64,000 nt of DNA from Firmicutes bacterium UBA5435 (GTDB lineage Bacteria; Bacillota; UBA5435). Under the pieces are notes generated by a model, which was not told where the DNA came from, did not search any database, and saw only the letters and a program-made list of their open reading frames with translations. Position 1 is the first letter of the stretch; each line of letters begins with the position of its first letter. Shown here one piece after another: positions 27,677-36,779 of the stretch. The translations under genes and the position numbers were made by a program. The DNA is taken from assembly GCA_002426645.1 (NCBI GenBank), contig DIRN01000045.1, positions 16,983 to 80,982 on the forward strand. The letters are read 5' to 3'.

Positions 27677-27853
27677 TTAATCCTCTCTCTTCGACTTTAG
27701 ATTATAGAACTTTACTATTAAACGATCAAGTTCTTGACTTACGGACAATACATTCTCTCTTCCTTTCTGAGTATCGACGCCATATAAATTTTGAAGTTTT
27801 GCTCGTAACTCTGTGATCCTCTCTACCAAACTGTGAAATTCCCATTCCTTCAT
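27677..27853 (-). CDS. Spo0E-family aspartyl-phosphate phosphatase
   Basis: 58 aa from the ATG at 27853 (SD GGAGAGGAG). SQELDRLIVKF motif. Confidence 0.55.
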   Translation of the reverse strand: MKEWEFHSLVERITELRAKLQNLYGVDTQKGRENVLSVSQELDRLIVKFYNLKSKRED

Positions 27854-28274
27854 GGACTTACCGCTCCTCTCCGCTATAACTTGAAGAAATAAGTTCTCAT
27901 GAGGGAGAGAGGCTCGAGCTATACTCAAATGACATCAGCATGGGGTAATAAAAACTTTTTAATATTAAAAACCAATATTTTAAAGAACTTCTAAAAAGAG
28001 AATGACCTGAAATTATATTAAGCTGCTTTAGGAGTGAATTTCCATATTCGATAATATATTCTATGTCAAGGAAGGGAATTTTGAAAAATCTACTTCATCT
28101 ATTATAACGGAACAGTTTTTACATAAATGTAACGTTTCATATATATAAGTTTTTTGATAGATGTACGGTATGGTAAGAATAATTGCGTTAATTTTCTAGA
28201 TGTTTTCAAAGGAGTACGAGGGATATATAAGCACTACCCCTCACACTCCCCTACTATTCTAAAATCAAATTCGT

Positions 28275-28871
28275 TTAAAATTCAAAGAAGAGACCTCCGT
28301 AAATGCCACCCACTGAGCCCGCCGAAAGTCCTCCTATATGTGTATAGCCAAGTTGAAGTGAATATCCACTCTGATTTAGAAACTCATCTAACTTATAGTC
28401 GATTTCAGCTGCAAGAACCCATCGCTCCGCTGCGGTACCAAAGCCCGGTGCAAATAAAGCATTACACGATAAACCCCCGCCTATTTCTTGGCTTGCAATA
28501 AGTCCGGCTACTGGGAGTGTAATAGATGTCCCTTCGCTGCTTAAGAAGCCCAATCCCAGAATCGCAGCAACTGAAGGAAGATCTCCATTGGTTTTATAGA
28601 GTTCGTAGTTAACATAAACGCCAATGGCTGCTGAATTCGTAATTGAACCTATCTTAGGCAATTTCGCTGCGGCAAACCCTATAGCCATGTCTTCGTTAGT
28701 AGCTGTTTGAGCAATAATACCGTAGGATACGGCTTCTCTCAAACCTGCTATCATAAGGTTGACCGAATTCTCACCCTTAACTATTGTTGCAGATGGCATT
28801 GCTACGACACCTGATGCTACTAACAAAAGAGATACAAATATTAACGCTGTTGCCAATAATGTTCTTCTCAT
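28275..28871 (-). CDS. Small OMP-like beta-barrel protein
   Basis: Signal peptide. Gly/Ala-rich alternating strands. The C-terminus ends ...GGIYGGLFFEF. Confidence 0.5.
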   Translation of the reverse strand: MRRTLLATALIFVSLLLVASGVVAMPSATIVKGENSVNLMIAGLREAVSYGIIAQTATNEDMAIGFAAAKLPKIGSITNSAAIGVYVNYELYKTNGDLPSVAAILGLGFLSSEGTSITLPVAGLIASQEIGGGLSCNALFAPGFGTAAERWVLAAEIDYKLDEFLNQSGYSLQLGYTHIGGLSAGSVGGIYGGLFFEF

Positions 28872-28932
28872 AATCCGTCATACACCTCCTCGTTTTACCT
28901 TAATAAGGATAAAAATGTATCCTTATTGAATG

Positions 28933-29034
28933 TATTTTCGACATTAAAATGAAAAGTCCTTCTTTATAGTAGCCCCGCATTCCAAAAAAACTTATTTTCG
29001 ACAAAAAAATTTATAATCAATTATTTTTCGACAT
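28933..29034 (-). promoter_or_regulatory. Three tandem copies of the TGTCGAAAA(A)TA motif
   Basis: Copies at 28933-28944, 28992-29003 and 29022-29034 (plus-strand coordinates). The proximal copy has AGGA 13 nt upstream. A 9-bp hairpin at 28902-28927 follows in the leader. Confidence 0.35.
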
Positions 29035-29060
29035 TAGAACCATAAACTCCACGCTAAAAT

Positions 29061-30935
29061 TCAGATTTTAATACTCAATTGAAATCTAAATTTACTAGGC
29101 CTAAAATCTTGAGGTTTCTTCCATGCATTTAAAATTCGTTCCAAAGTAAGTTTAGATTCAGTAAATTTATCATATAACCAGTCGCTTTCTTTCAGCCTTT
29201 TACTTTCTGGACAGTAAAATGAAATTTGTAGCAGCTCATCGTAGTATAATGCTCCTAATACTAAAAAGAAGGGCCCAGCATTTATGCGTTCTATCTCTGG
29301 TTTTACGAATTTCCCTTGTTTTACTATACACCTATCCCACTCCTGAATATTATCACAGAGTATGAGAAGGAATGTTAAAGGAGAGGCAATAATGTCTAGA
29401 TCCCTAAAAGTCTCCACATTCTCTTCATTATGCAAAGAGATAGCCTGAAGAGCTTCCCATAGTATTATATTATCAATGCTGATATCAGAGGACTTTGACT
29501 CCTCATATGGTAACGAAGAGATTATGCTTGCCGCAGACCAAAGCCCATGATCAAAGACAGCCCTATTTAGTCTCTCCTTATCTTGTTCACCCTCGAATTC
29601 ACCTTTAAAGATAGAATGACGTAAAAGCGGCTCATATAAATCTCTGTTATCTGCTAAGAACGAACTCATAAGAAGTCCTTTTAATTCCCTGTTTACTGCT
29701 GTGCATAATCTCTCTTTATCCGGCTCAGACGTTCTTGAAATATTATTAAGAAAATCACCCCAGATATGATATGAAAGATTTCTGCAAAGTCCAAGCATAT
29801 CAAGGATCATCTTACCATCAAAGGTTATGCTACCATGAATATTTACATATGTAGAAATGAGATGAGCTAAAGGATACCCTACATCATGCAATAAAGATGT
29901 CAAAAGCCAGGTTTGGTAGACGTGCTCCTCTTTTAAAGATGAAACATCAAATCCTTGTAAATCATACTTAGCCTTTAGAGCTCTTAAAAAATACTGAGCC
30001 ATGGATTCTTCTGAATTCACCCTTATCTCTAAAAGGCGTAATCCTAGGCTCGCTACATATATCTGGTGTCTACAATGATCCCTACTTCTCTTTTGCGTTA
30101 GATAGGAAAAGATATCCACCTCACTGCTTCTTCTAATTAAATGTGAAACTCCTCTAAGCCACCAATAATCTGCATCTCCTATAAACCATTGCCATATCTC
30201 ATATGGCAATTGCGGAGAGATTTCTTGCCACATAGGACCAAAACCCATCTTCTCATGGAGATAAGTAAGGCTAGATTTCCTATTTATCCAGAGCATCTCA
30301 GCATAAGGGCAAACATCTTCTCTTTCACTATCTATAATAGATAATTGCGTTACTTCATCTATCTTTTCAGTTATGCGACGGATACGATCGATCATACGTG
30401 GAGAAAAACCTTGGTGCAGAAAATGACTTTGACATTCTGTACATAGATTATTCTTCATGGAAACAAATCCTGAATTCATTGATTTTGCAGATGAGCGAAT
30501 ACAGTCTTCCACATCACACATCTCATTAACCAATAAAAAGATAGTCACTACCCTGAAAAGAGTATAAAACCAGTGAAGGAAAGTATCATCTTCTTCCCCA
30601 GTGGGTGGCTTCACAATAACCATCTTTTCCTTTAAATATATATGGAGAAAATCTTCTAAAAAGTCGCATTCCTTTCCTTTCTCAGAATTTACCATGCTAT
30701 CAAAGTCTGCAATAGTAATAATTATATCATAATTGCTATACTCACCAGTTTCCTTTAAGTACAGCGTATAGGAATTTATATCACACATCAAGGAATCAGG
30801 AACCTCTTTATACTCTCTAATTCGTATATTAATAATATCATCTTTATCCTTTTTTAATAAAATTCCCAAATACGAAACAGCCTTATTAAGAGTCCTGTAA
30901 TCACCCTTTTGAGTTATTACAATGCAAATATTCAT
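29061..30935 (-). CDS. HD-domain phosphohydrolase-like protein with uncharacterised N-terminal region
   Basis: 624 aa. H...HD...D pattern (CRHQIY, LLHDVGYP, FDHGLWSA, LCDNIQEWD). The N-terminal ~250 aa is unrecognised. SD GGGGTGA. Confidence 0.55.
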   Translation of the reverse strand: MNICIVITQKGDYRTLNKAVSYLGILLKKDKDDIINIRIREYKEVPDSLMCDINSYTLYLKETGEYSNYDIIITIADFDSMVNSEKGKECDFLEDFLHIYLKEKMVIVKPPTGEEDDTFLHWFYTLFRVVTIFLLVNEMCDVEDCIRSSAKSMNSGFVSMKNNLCTECQSHFLHQGFSPRMIDRIRRITEKIDEVTQLSIIDSEREDVCPYAEMLWINRKSSLTYLHEKMGFGPMWQEISPQLPYEIWQWFIGDADYWWLRGVSHLIRRSSEVDIFSYLTQKRSRDHCRHQIYVASLGLRLLEIRVNSEESMAQYFLRALKAKYDLQGFDVSSLKEEHVYQTWLLTSLLHDVGYPLAHLISTYVNIHGSITFDGKMILDMLGLCRNLSYHIWGDFLNNISRTSEPDKERLCTAVNRELKGLLMSSFLADNRDLYEPLLRHSIFKGEFEGEQDKERLNRAVFDHGLWSAASIISSLPYEESKSSDISIDNIILWEALQAISLHNEENVETFRDLDIIASPLTFLLILCDNIQEWDRCIVKQGKFVKPEIERINAGPFFLVLGALYYDELLQISFYCPESKRLKESDWLYDKFTESKLTLERILNAWKKPQDFRPSKFRFQLSIKI

Positions 30936-30961
30936 TTTTTCATCACCCCAATATTTTACGT

Positions 30962-30993
30962 AAAAAGAAACGGTCGTAATATAAAGCGACCGC
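30962..30993 (-). terminator. Intrinsic terminator after the VanZ-like/beta-barrel gene
   Basis: GCGGUCG-cuuuauauua-CGACCG followed by a UUUCUUUUU tract on the minus strand. Confidence 0.55.
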
Positions 30994-31044
30994 AGAATCT
31001 TCTTTACATAATATATTCAATTTAAAGTCAATGGGTGATAATTT

Positions 31045-31959
31045 CTAAAAACGAAAGCCTGCGGCTAACGACATATGTAGGTTCCTAGTAAAGGCCTTTT
31101 TTACATTAAGGCGAACATAAGACCGATTACCCAGATTAAATTGAATAGTTCCAGTATAAGCCCATGTCATACCTAGAGGCGAGAGTTCCTCTATTATGAT
31201 CCCGTCCTCTCGCCCCCACCATACCACAGAATCAGTTAGACAATTCATCAAATCTACACCTACGTTAAATCTAATACTATTAGAAAGTTCTTTTTTAAAT
31301 CCTACCCCTGGGCTCCAATAAATTGTTCGATACATACTAGAGTCTGGAAACATTATTGCTAATTGAGTGGCTCCAAAGGAAAGGTAAAAATTTTCTGTAA
31401 AATAGCTCTTGACCTTTCCATTCATGATTCTTACATTAACGATCTCACCTGTTTCATCAGTAAAATAATATGTTGCATCTCCACTTATATTCATCCTCGA
31501 AGAAAGATCTTTACTAAAATGCATCTCCAGATCAAAATACTCAGGAATTTTTCCAACCATTAAACTACCCATAAAAAGATCAACACCATAGTCATCTCCA
31601 GGAGACCATTCTCTGTATGGCTTAAGGAACCCGTTCTTCTCCATATAATTATAGGCTATCAACCCAACAGCAGCCCCACAAAGATCACTAATAAAATCTG
31701 CGCCATCAGACATACGCTCTATGGTACTAAAGTATTCTTGGATAGCAAATTCATCTATAGCAGCTATGGCTCCAGTAGTCAACATGACATTTGTATTGTC
31801 AGCTCCTCCAAAATGCTTTAATAACATAGATATTAGCACAAATGATCTGAAGTGGACTATCTTATCGTAGCCTATAGACTGGGCCTCACTAGTTCCAACA
31901 AGTGTACTGAAAATCAAGAGTACACAAAATATTAATACGAGACACCTTTTATAAGTCAT
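31045..31959 (-). CDS. Secreted protein: VanZ-like N-terminal segment + OMP-like C-terminal beta-rich domain
   Basis: Signal peptide. DKIVHFRSFVLISMLL...DFISDLCGAAVG is VanZ-like. The C-terminus ends ...SLAAGFRF. Confidence 0.4.
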   Translation of the reverse strand: MTYKRCLVLIFCVLLIFSTLVGTSEAQSIGYDKIVHFRSFVLISMLLKHFGGADNTNVMLTTGAIAAIDEFAIQEYFSTIERMSDGADFISDLCGAAVGLIAYNYMEKNGFLKPYREWSPGDDYGVDLFMGSLMVGKIPEYFDLEMHFSKDLSSRMNISGDATYYFTDETGEIVNVRIMNGKVKSYFTENFYLSFGATQLAIMFPDSSMYRTIYWSPGVGFKKELSNSIRFNVGVDLMNCLTDSVVWWGREDGIIIEELSPLGMTWAYTGTIQFNLGNRSYVRLNVKKAFTRNLHMSLAAGFRF

Positions 31960-31975
31960 TTTATCACCTCTATAG

Positions 31976-33214
31976 CTATGGGGTCATTGTCATAAGCTCT
32001 CTTGCAATTTCGGGGTATTGAGCAACAAACCTGAGTTCAACATCGGTTAAAGGCTTCTGAGTATGCACGTTAGCATACCTTACAAGCTCAAGTATTTGTT
32101 CAGCTTCTTTATCGCTTTTAAATTCAAGTTCTAACTTATTATAGACATTTCTAAAACCCTTGATGCCGCTATATTCACCTACTGTTATACTACGACCGGT
32201 TTCAACGATCTCTGGCTCTCCCCTACCTAATTCTTCAAAATCAAAGAGTTCATAGTTACGACGATCCTTTAATGCACCATCCACATGAATACCCGACTCA
32301 TGTGCAAAAGCATTTGCTCCCACACCAGGTTGATTAATTGGGATCGGAACTCCAAAAGCATACGATGCATACTTAGCTATTCTCCATGCCTGTGAAAGAT
32401 TTATCCTTTCGTCTAGAAGACTCAATTCGCCGAGACCAGCAGACTTTTTAATAGCAAGTATGACTGAAACAAGATCTGCGTTCCCTGCGCGCTCACCCAT
32501 TCCATTCACAGTAGTATTTATATAGGCATCTACACCTTTTTCTACTGCACCTTTAGCTCCAGCTACGGAACAGGCCACAGCCATGCCTAGATCATTATGG
32601 CAGTGAAGCTCTATTGGCATCTTTGTTTCCTTTGCCAATAACTTGATTCTTTCATAAATAGTAAATGGGTTATCATAGCCTAGCGTATCGCAATATCTGA
32701 TTCGATCAGCTCCAGCTTCTTTAGCTGCAATAGAAAATTCTATTAAATAATCCATATTAGTTCTAGATGCGTCTTCAGCATTTACTCCGATAGAGAGAGC
32801 TCCTCTCTCTATTGCTAGCTTAACAGCATCTACCATCATATCGATTATATCTTTTTGGGTCTTTCTCCCTAAAAACTTTCCACGAATCATCTGGTCAGAA
32901 GTTGATATAGAGAGATTTAAATGCTTCAAATTTGTTCGGTCAAATGCGACATTTACATCTTCCGAGATGGCACGTACCCAGCCACCTAATCTCATAGGAC
33001 TTATTACTCCCATTTCAGCCAGTCTTAGATTAGCATTTAGATAGTTGGATTCGTGTCTAGTCACTGGGAAACCAAACTCACTTTGAAAGATCCCCATATC
33101 ATTGAGGTAAAGATTTATTATGGTCTTTTGCAGTTTAGCTAATCCCAATCTAGAAGTTTGAACACCATCCCTATTTGTCACATCAACGATGTGTATTTTT
33201 CCCAAATTATTCAT
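31976..33214 (-). CDS. HMGL-like aldolase family (isopropylmalate/homocitrate/citramalate synthase-like)
   Basis: 412 aa. DVTNRDGVQ, HCHNDLGMAVA and NGMGERAGNADL motifs. Confidence 0.75.
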   Translation of the reverse strand: MNNLGKIHIVDVTNRDGVQTSRLGLAKLQKTIINLYLNDMGIFQSEFGFPVTRHESNYLNANLRLAEMGVISPMRLGGWVRAISEDVNVAFDRTNLKHLNLSISTSDQMIRGKFLGRKTQKDIIDMMVDAVKLAIERGALSIGVNAEDASRTNMDYLIEFSIAAKEAGADRIRYCDTLGYDNPFTIYERIKLLAKETKMPIELHCHNDLGMAVACSVAGAKGAVEKGVDAYINTTVNGMGERAGNADLVSVILAIKKSAGLGELSLLDERINLSQAWRIAKYASYAFGVPIPINQPGVGANAFAHESGIHVDGALKDRRNYELFDFEELGRGEPEIVETGRSITVGEYSGIKGFRNVYNKLELEFKSDKEAEQILELVRYANVHTQKPLTDVELRFVAQYPEIARELMTMTP

Positions 33215-33321
33215 ACAACCTTTATACTCCTTCCTTCTAGTTACACCTATTAAGGGTTCCGTATTATTTCTACAAAAACTTTAAAAATCCTTCTTAAAAG
33301 ATAAAATATTTTAAAAAGTAA

Positions 33322-33488
33322 GGCATGGTTCATTTTGTTCTAAATGTGACTAGTTAACTAGTTTACACTTATATATCTACAGTAGGACACACCTATAAAT
33401 GTATATATACCTTTATAGGTGTGCTGTATGGAGACATATAAAAGCACTAGCTTTTAAACCAATTTAGATCCTTAAAATGAACCATGCC
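33322..33488. repeat. Nested palindromic intergenic element
   Basis: 15-bp perfect terminal inverted repeat GGCATGGTTCATTTT / AAAATGAACCATGCC. It encloses the palindrome ACTAGTTAACTAGT (33350-33363) and a 12-bp hairpin CACACCTATAAA/TTTATAGGTGTG (33388-33423). Confidence 0.5.
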
Positions 33489-33507
33489 AAAAGTGGGTAG
33501 TGCATCC

Positions 33508-34833
33508 TTAGATTAGATTTATGCTCCGCCCTGTCTCAGTGGTAGACACTTTAGCATCTTTATTCTCATTTTCATACTCTTTTAATTCATCTATATTTGC
33601 AACCACCTTATGGTATGCTTCGATGTATTGATCTATTAAATCTTCACACGGTTCTTCAAAACGTGGCGCTAACATAAAGGTATTATCTCTAAGGTATTCT
33701 GTAACAGGTAGACTAGGTACTTTATCCACCATTGGAGCTTCAACATGTGAGCACTTCCCTGGACAACCCTTTCCATACGGAACACCTTCTGTAAAAAGAG
33801 GGGCTTCATGTAAACGTCCATATCCACACTTACCGCAGATCACTCCTTCTGCTTTAAGAGCACTGAGGAACGTTATCAATGATACTCCCTGGAGTTTTGT
33901 TTCATCATATATAGTATAATGATAAGAATATATTCTCTTTCCCTTTGGTAATACCTTTTGTATCTTTATACAATCTATATCCTTTAATCCCTCTTCAAGG
34001 TACTTGCCATTTGTATCCCGAATGTAATTTCGTTCTTCCAACTCATCCAACTGTTTGCTTGCAATAGCTATACCTATCGGGTGAGTCCTATGCTTAAATC
34101 CTAGGCCTGTCAGACTATATTTCCTATATTTAGAATCTTTAGGTAACCCAGATAGTCGTTCATAATGTCCTAAAGCAATGGCCCGCTCATAGTATTCTCT
34201 ATTATTGGTGGTAAGTACACCGCCCTCGCCTGCCGCCATCACCTTCGACCCCTGAAGACTGAAGCATGCGACATCTCCAAGGCTCCCGATTTTCTTTCCG
34301 TTCCATTCTGAACCATGAGCATGAGAAGCATCTTCTATAACTGCGATACCGTTTTCTCTTGCTATCTCTAAAATAGCATCCATATTAGCTGGGTTACCCC
34401 ATACGTGCACTACCATTATAGCTTTTGTCCTTGGGGTTAACCGTCTCTTTATATCCACCGGATCTATACAATATGTATCAGGATCAACATCACAAAAAAC
34501 AGGGACACCATGAGCAGCAATAATCGGAGCAGCAGAAGCCCAAAAAGTATATGAAGGTACAAGAACTTCATCGCCTGGTCCAACGCCTACTGCAAAGAGA
34601 GCCTCATTTATAGCACAGGTCCCACTAGTGCTTGCTAAAGCGTATTTTGTTCCGATATACTCAGCAAACTTTGCTTCAAAGTCCTGTACTAACGGAGATG
34701 AGGAGATCTGTCCCTTTCTCATGAGTTCAACGGCTGCCTCAATCTCTGCTTCAGAGACAACTGCACGAGCTCCTACCTCTGAATAATTAATAGTTACGGC
34801 CTTTTGACCACCTCTTAATGCTAAATCACTCAT
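33508..34833 (-). CDS. DegT/DnrJ/EryC1/StrS-family PLP aminotransferase
   Basis: 441 aa. Typical fold signature (SGTCAINEAL, DASHAHGS, SLQGSKV with the PLP Lys). SD AGGAGG. Confidence 0.8.
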   Translation of the reverse strand: MSDLALRGGQKAVTINYSEVGARAVVSEAEIEAAVELMRKGQISSSPLVQDFEAKFAEYIGTKYALASTSGTCAINEALFAVGVGPGDEVLVPSYTFWASAAPIIAAHGVPVFCDVDPDTYCIDPVDIKRRLTPRTKAIMVVHVWGNPANMDAILEIARENGIAVIEDASHAHGSEWNGKKIGSLGDVACFSLQGSKVMAAGEGGVLTTNNREYYERAIALGHYERLSGLPKDSKYRKYSLTGLGFKHRTHPIGIAIASKQLDELEERNYIRDTNGKYLEEGLKDIDCIKIQKVLPKGKRIYSYHYTIYDETKLQGVSLITFLSALKAEGVICGKCGYGRLHEAPLFTEGVPYGKGCPGKCSHVEAPMVDKVPSLPVTEYLRDNTFMLAPRFEEPCEDLIDQYIEAYHKVVANIDELKEYENENKDAKVSTTETGRSINLI

Positions 34834-34976
34834 AAGTTTCTCCTCCTAATTTTATTATTAATACGTTATAGATACTTTGTAATCTTTACAAATTATCTAT
34901 ACACACACTTCATCCTCTACAACTATTATACTTTTGTTTATAGATTAAGGCAAGGGCTGAATCATCAAGTTTTAAC

Positions 34977-35732
34977 CTAAAAATGAGATTTTCTCTTTAG
35001 CTTCTCATCTTTACTATTGAAAAGTTCATGTTTTCGTAAAAAAACGCAAAATTCCTCAAGAGAACCTCGGAAATCCGGCTCATATTGTGGAGCCCCCCTA
35101 TCGATCAACCAATCCTCTATTAAGAATGTCTTAATACCAATGACTGATGCGCTCATATCTTCCTGCATATCGTTTCCCACCATTAAGGTCTCTTCAGGAT
35201 CAGCACCTATCATATCTAGGATTTCTTCATAGTACTCTACATTGGGTTTACAAAAATGCATATTTTCATAACTGGTTATGATTTTGAATTGAAAATCGCT
35301 TATTCCAGCCCAGTGCATGCGTTCGAGTATTGCTACCATTGGAAATACTGGATTTGTAGCGATTATCGCATCCATTCCCCTATCCCGAACCTCTTTTAAG
35401 ATAACACGTGCTAACAGGTTACTCCCTCCACAGTATTCTCGTAACTTCGGGAAATCCTCCTCATAAAAGGTGGAGAAAAGAGGTTCCCATATAGAACGTG
35501 AGGTGTCTACCTGTGAAAGAAAGTACTCAAAAAAAACTTCTTCGTTAGTCCTTTTCGGATTCAAATTGTTTATCATAGCATCAGTAGCTTCTAAGATTAA
35601 ATCGATGAGACGCTTTGGTTCTATAAGATGAGCACACTTCTCCCCGAGACTTCGTAAATATGGCTTTAAAAACATTTCCATATCAATGGGAAGGAGAGTC
35701 CCATCCAAATCAAAAAGGATGGTCTTTATCAT
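34977..35732 (-). CDS. HAD-superfamily hydrolase
   Basis: MIKTILFDLDGTL start (ATG at 35732). GNDMQEDM motif. Confidence 0.75.
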   Translation of the reverse strand: MIKTILFDLDGTLLPIDMEMFLKPYLRSLGEKCAHLIEPKRLIDLILEATDAMINNLNPKRTNEEVFFEYFLSQVDTSRSIWEPLFSTFYEEDFPKLREYCGGSNLLARVILKEVRDRGMDAIIATNPVFPMVAILERMHWAGISDFQFKIITSYENMHFCKPNVEYYEEILDMIGADPEETLMVGNDMQEDMSASVIGIKTFLIEDWLIDRGAPQYEPDFRGSLEEFCVFLRKHELFNSKDEKLKRKSHF

Positions 35733-35788
35733 AGAAATCACGCATGGCCCCTGACTTTGTGCTGGTAAGGAGATGCGCCGCCTCCTTT
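35733..35788 (-). promoter_or_regulatory. Split-RBS leader hairpin, copy 4
   Basis: AAAGGAGG-cg-GCGCAU-cuccuuaccagcacaaaGUCAGGGGcc-AUGCGU-gauuucu-AUG. Confidence 0.45.
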
Positions 35789-35843
35789 AATATGATCTGC
35801 TTAAAACTTTGATTCGAGTATGTAAAGCAAAGCATTTTCCAAA

Positions 35844-35872
35844 ATTGTACCATATAAGGAGCATTTAGTCAA
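35844..35872 (-). promoter_or_regulatory. Sigma-A promoter (TTGACT-N17-TACAAT) for the HAD gene
   Basis: Minus strand: -35 at 35867-35872, -10 at 35844-35849. This places the GGAGG and hairpin inside the 5' UTR. Confidence 0.5.
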
Positions 35873-36167
35873 GTTCACCCCTAATTCAATTCGGAAAGCG
35901 GATACAAAAAATAGGAAAATAGGCCTCCTATGTTATAATTAAAGTGTGCAAAAAACCAAAGGATGCCTGCAACCTAATGATAACACAAATGGTAGAATCA
36001 AGTCAAGTAATAAATCAGGTAAAAGACAGAAGACCTAGAAGAGAACGTCGTCTTGATATACTAGCCGAAAGAAAACGCCCAAAGAAAGCCATGAAAGAAG
36101 CCAAAAGGAACAATATGGCTGTTGATTCTGATAATATTACTGTAACCAATAATGTATTCTCTAACCC

Positions 36168-36368
36168 TTACCCATCTAAGCCCACCGTGTTAACATAGTA
36201 ACCTCTAGCCCAAAAGCTATTACCTTTGTATTCGCATAGTCTTCTAAGTATATATCCGATTTCTTTTCTTAATCTTCCATAGACAGTCTTCCTTCTATAT
36301 TTCGGAATCCAAACAACATGATACTTACATTCCCACACCGTATGTGATAACTTATTACTTGACATCAT
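36168..36368 (-). pseudogene. tnpA: IS200/IS605-family tnpA (Y1 transposase) remnant with internal deletion
   Basis: LSHTVWECKYHVVWIPKYRRK...LCEYKG joined directly to NSFWARGYYVNTVG. The central HUH segment is missing and the C-terminus is truncated. The hairpin AGTGTTcgtAACACT lies just upstream. Confidence 0.7.
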
Positions 36369-36779
36369 ATTCTCCTTTCTTTATTCTTGGCAGTGTTCGT
36401 AACACTATCAATTATAATTGAGGAGAATATATTTTCAAATACTACGGCATAGCCGGGGGATTAGCCTTTCATTTAATTTGAGTTTAGCTTCACTATTCTC
36501 AAGCCTTTAAAAAAGCAAAAATAAAGGTTTGGTTTCGCATGCCCTAAAATAGAGCATTCTTTGCCTTTATGTGCCATAATCTTCAATTTAGAAAGTATAA
36601 AAGGCTTCGAAACATACCGCTATATCTAAACGGGTTTTATTGAAGAGAAGTCAACGCTTTTTAAATTACTTTCCGATTTCGGGTTCATATAAGAAAACTG
36701 GCAAGTTTCGTAATATTTAATCTGAAATTAGGGAAACTAAATAGGGAAGACAACTCTAAAATTGAAAGGGGGCTAAATA

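Noticed and set aside
28154-28501. 115-aa plus-strand ORF.
   Set aside because: It is antisense to the 3' half of the OMP-like gene and has no SD or domain.
28777-28881. 34-codon out-of-frame ORF (MTDYEKNIIGNSVNICISFVSSIRCRSNAICNNS) starting 3 nt after GAGGAGG and overlapping the OMP-like gene start.
   Set aside because: The SD spacing is too short. The ORF is the +1 frame of a signal-peptide coding region. Without conservation data there is no reason to prefer it over the OMP ATG at 28871.
35944-36198. 84-aa plus-strand ORF rich in Lys/Arg.
   Set aside because: It has a GTG start without an SD, a low-complexity basic sequence, and overlaps the IS200 remnant end. It is probably non-coding.
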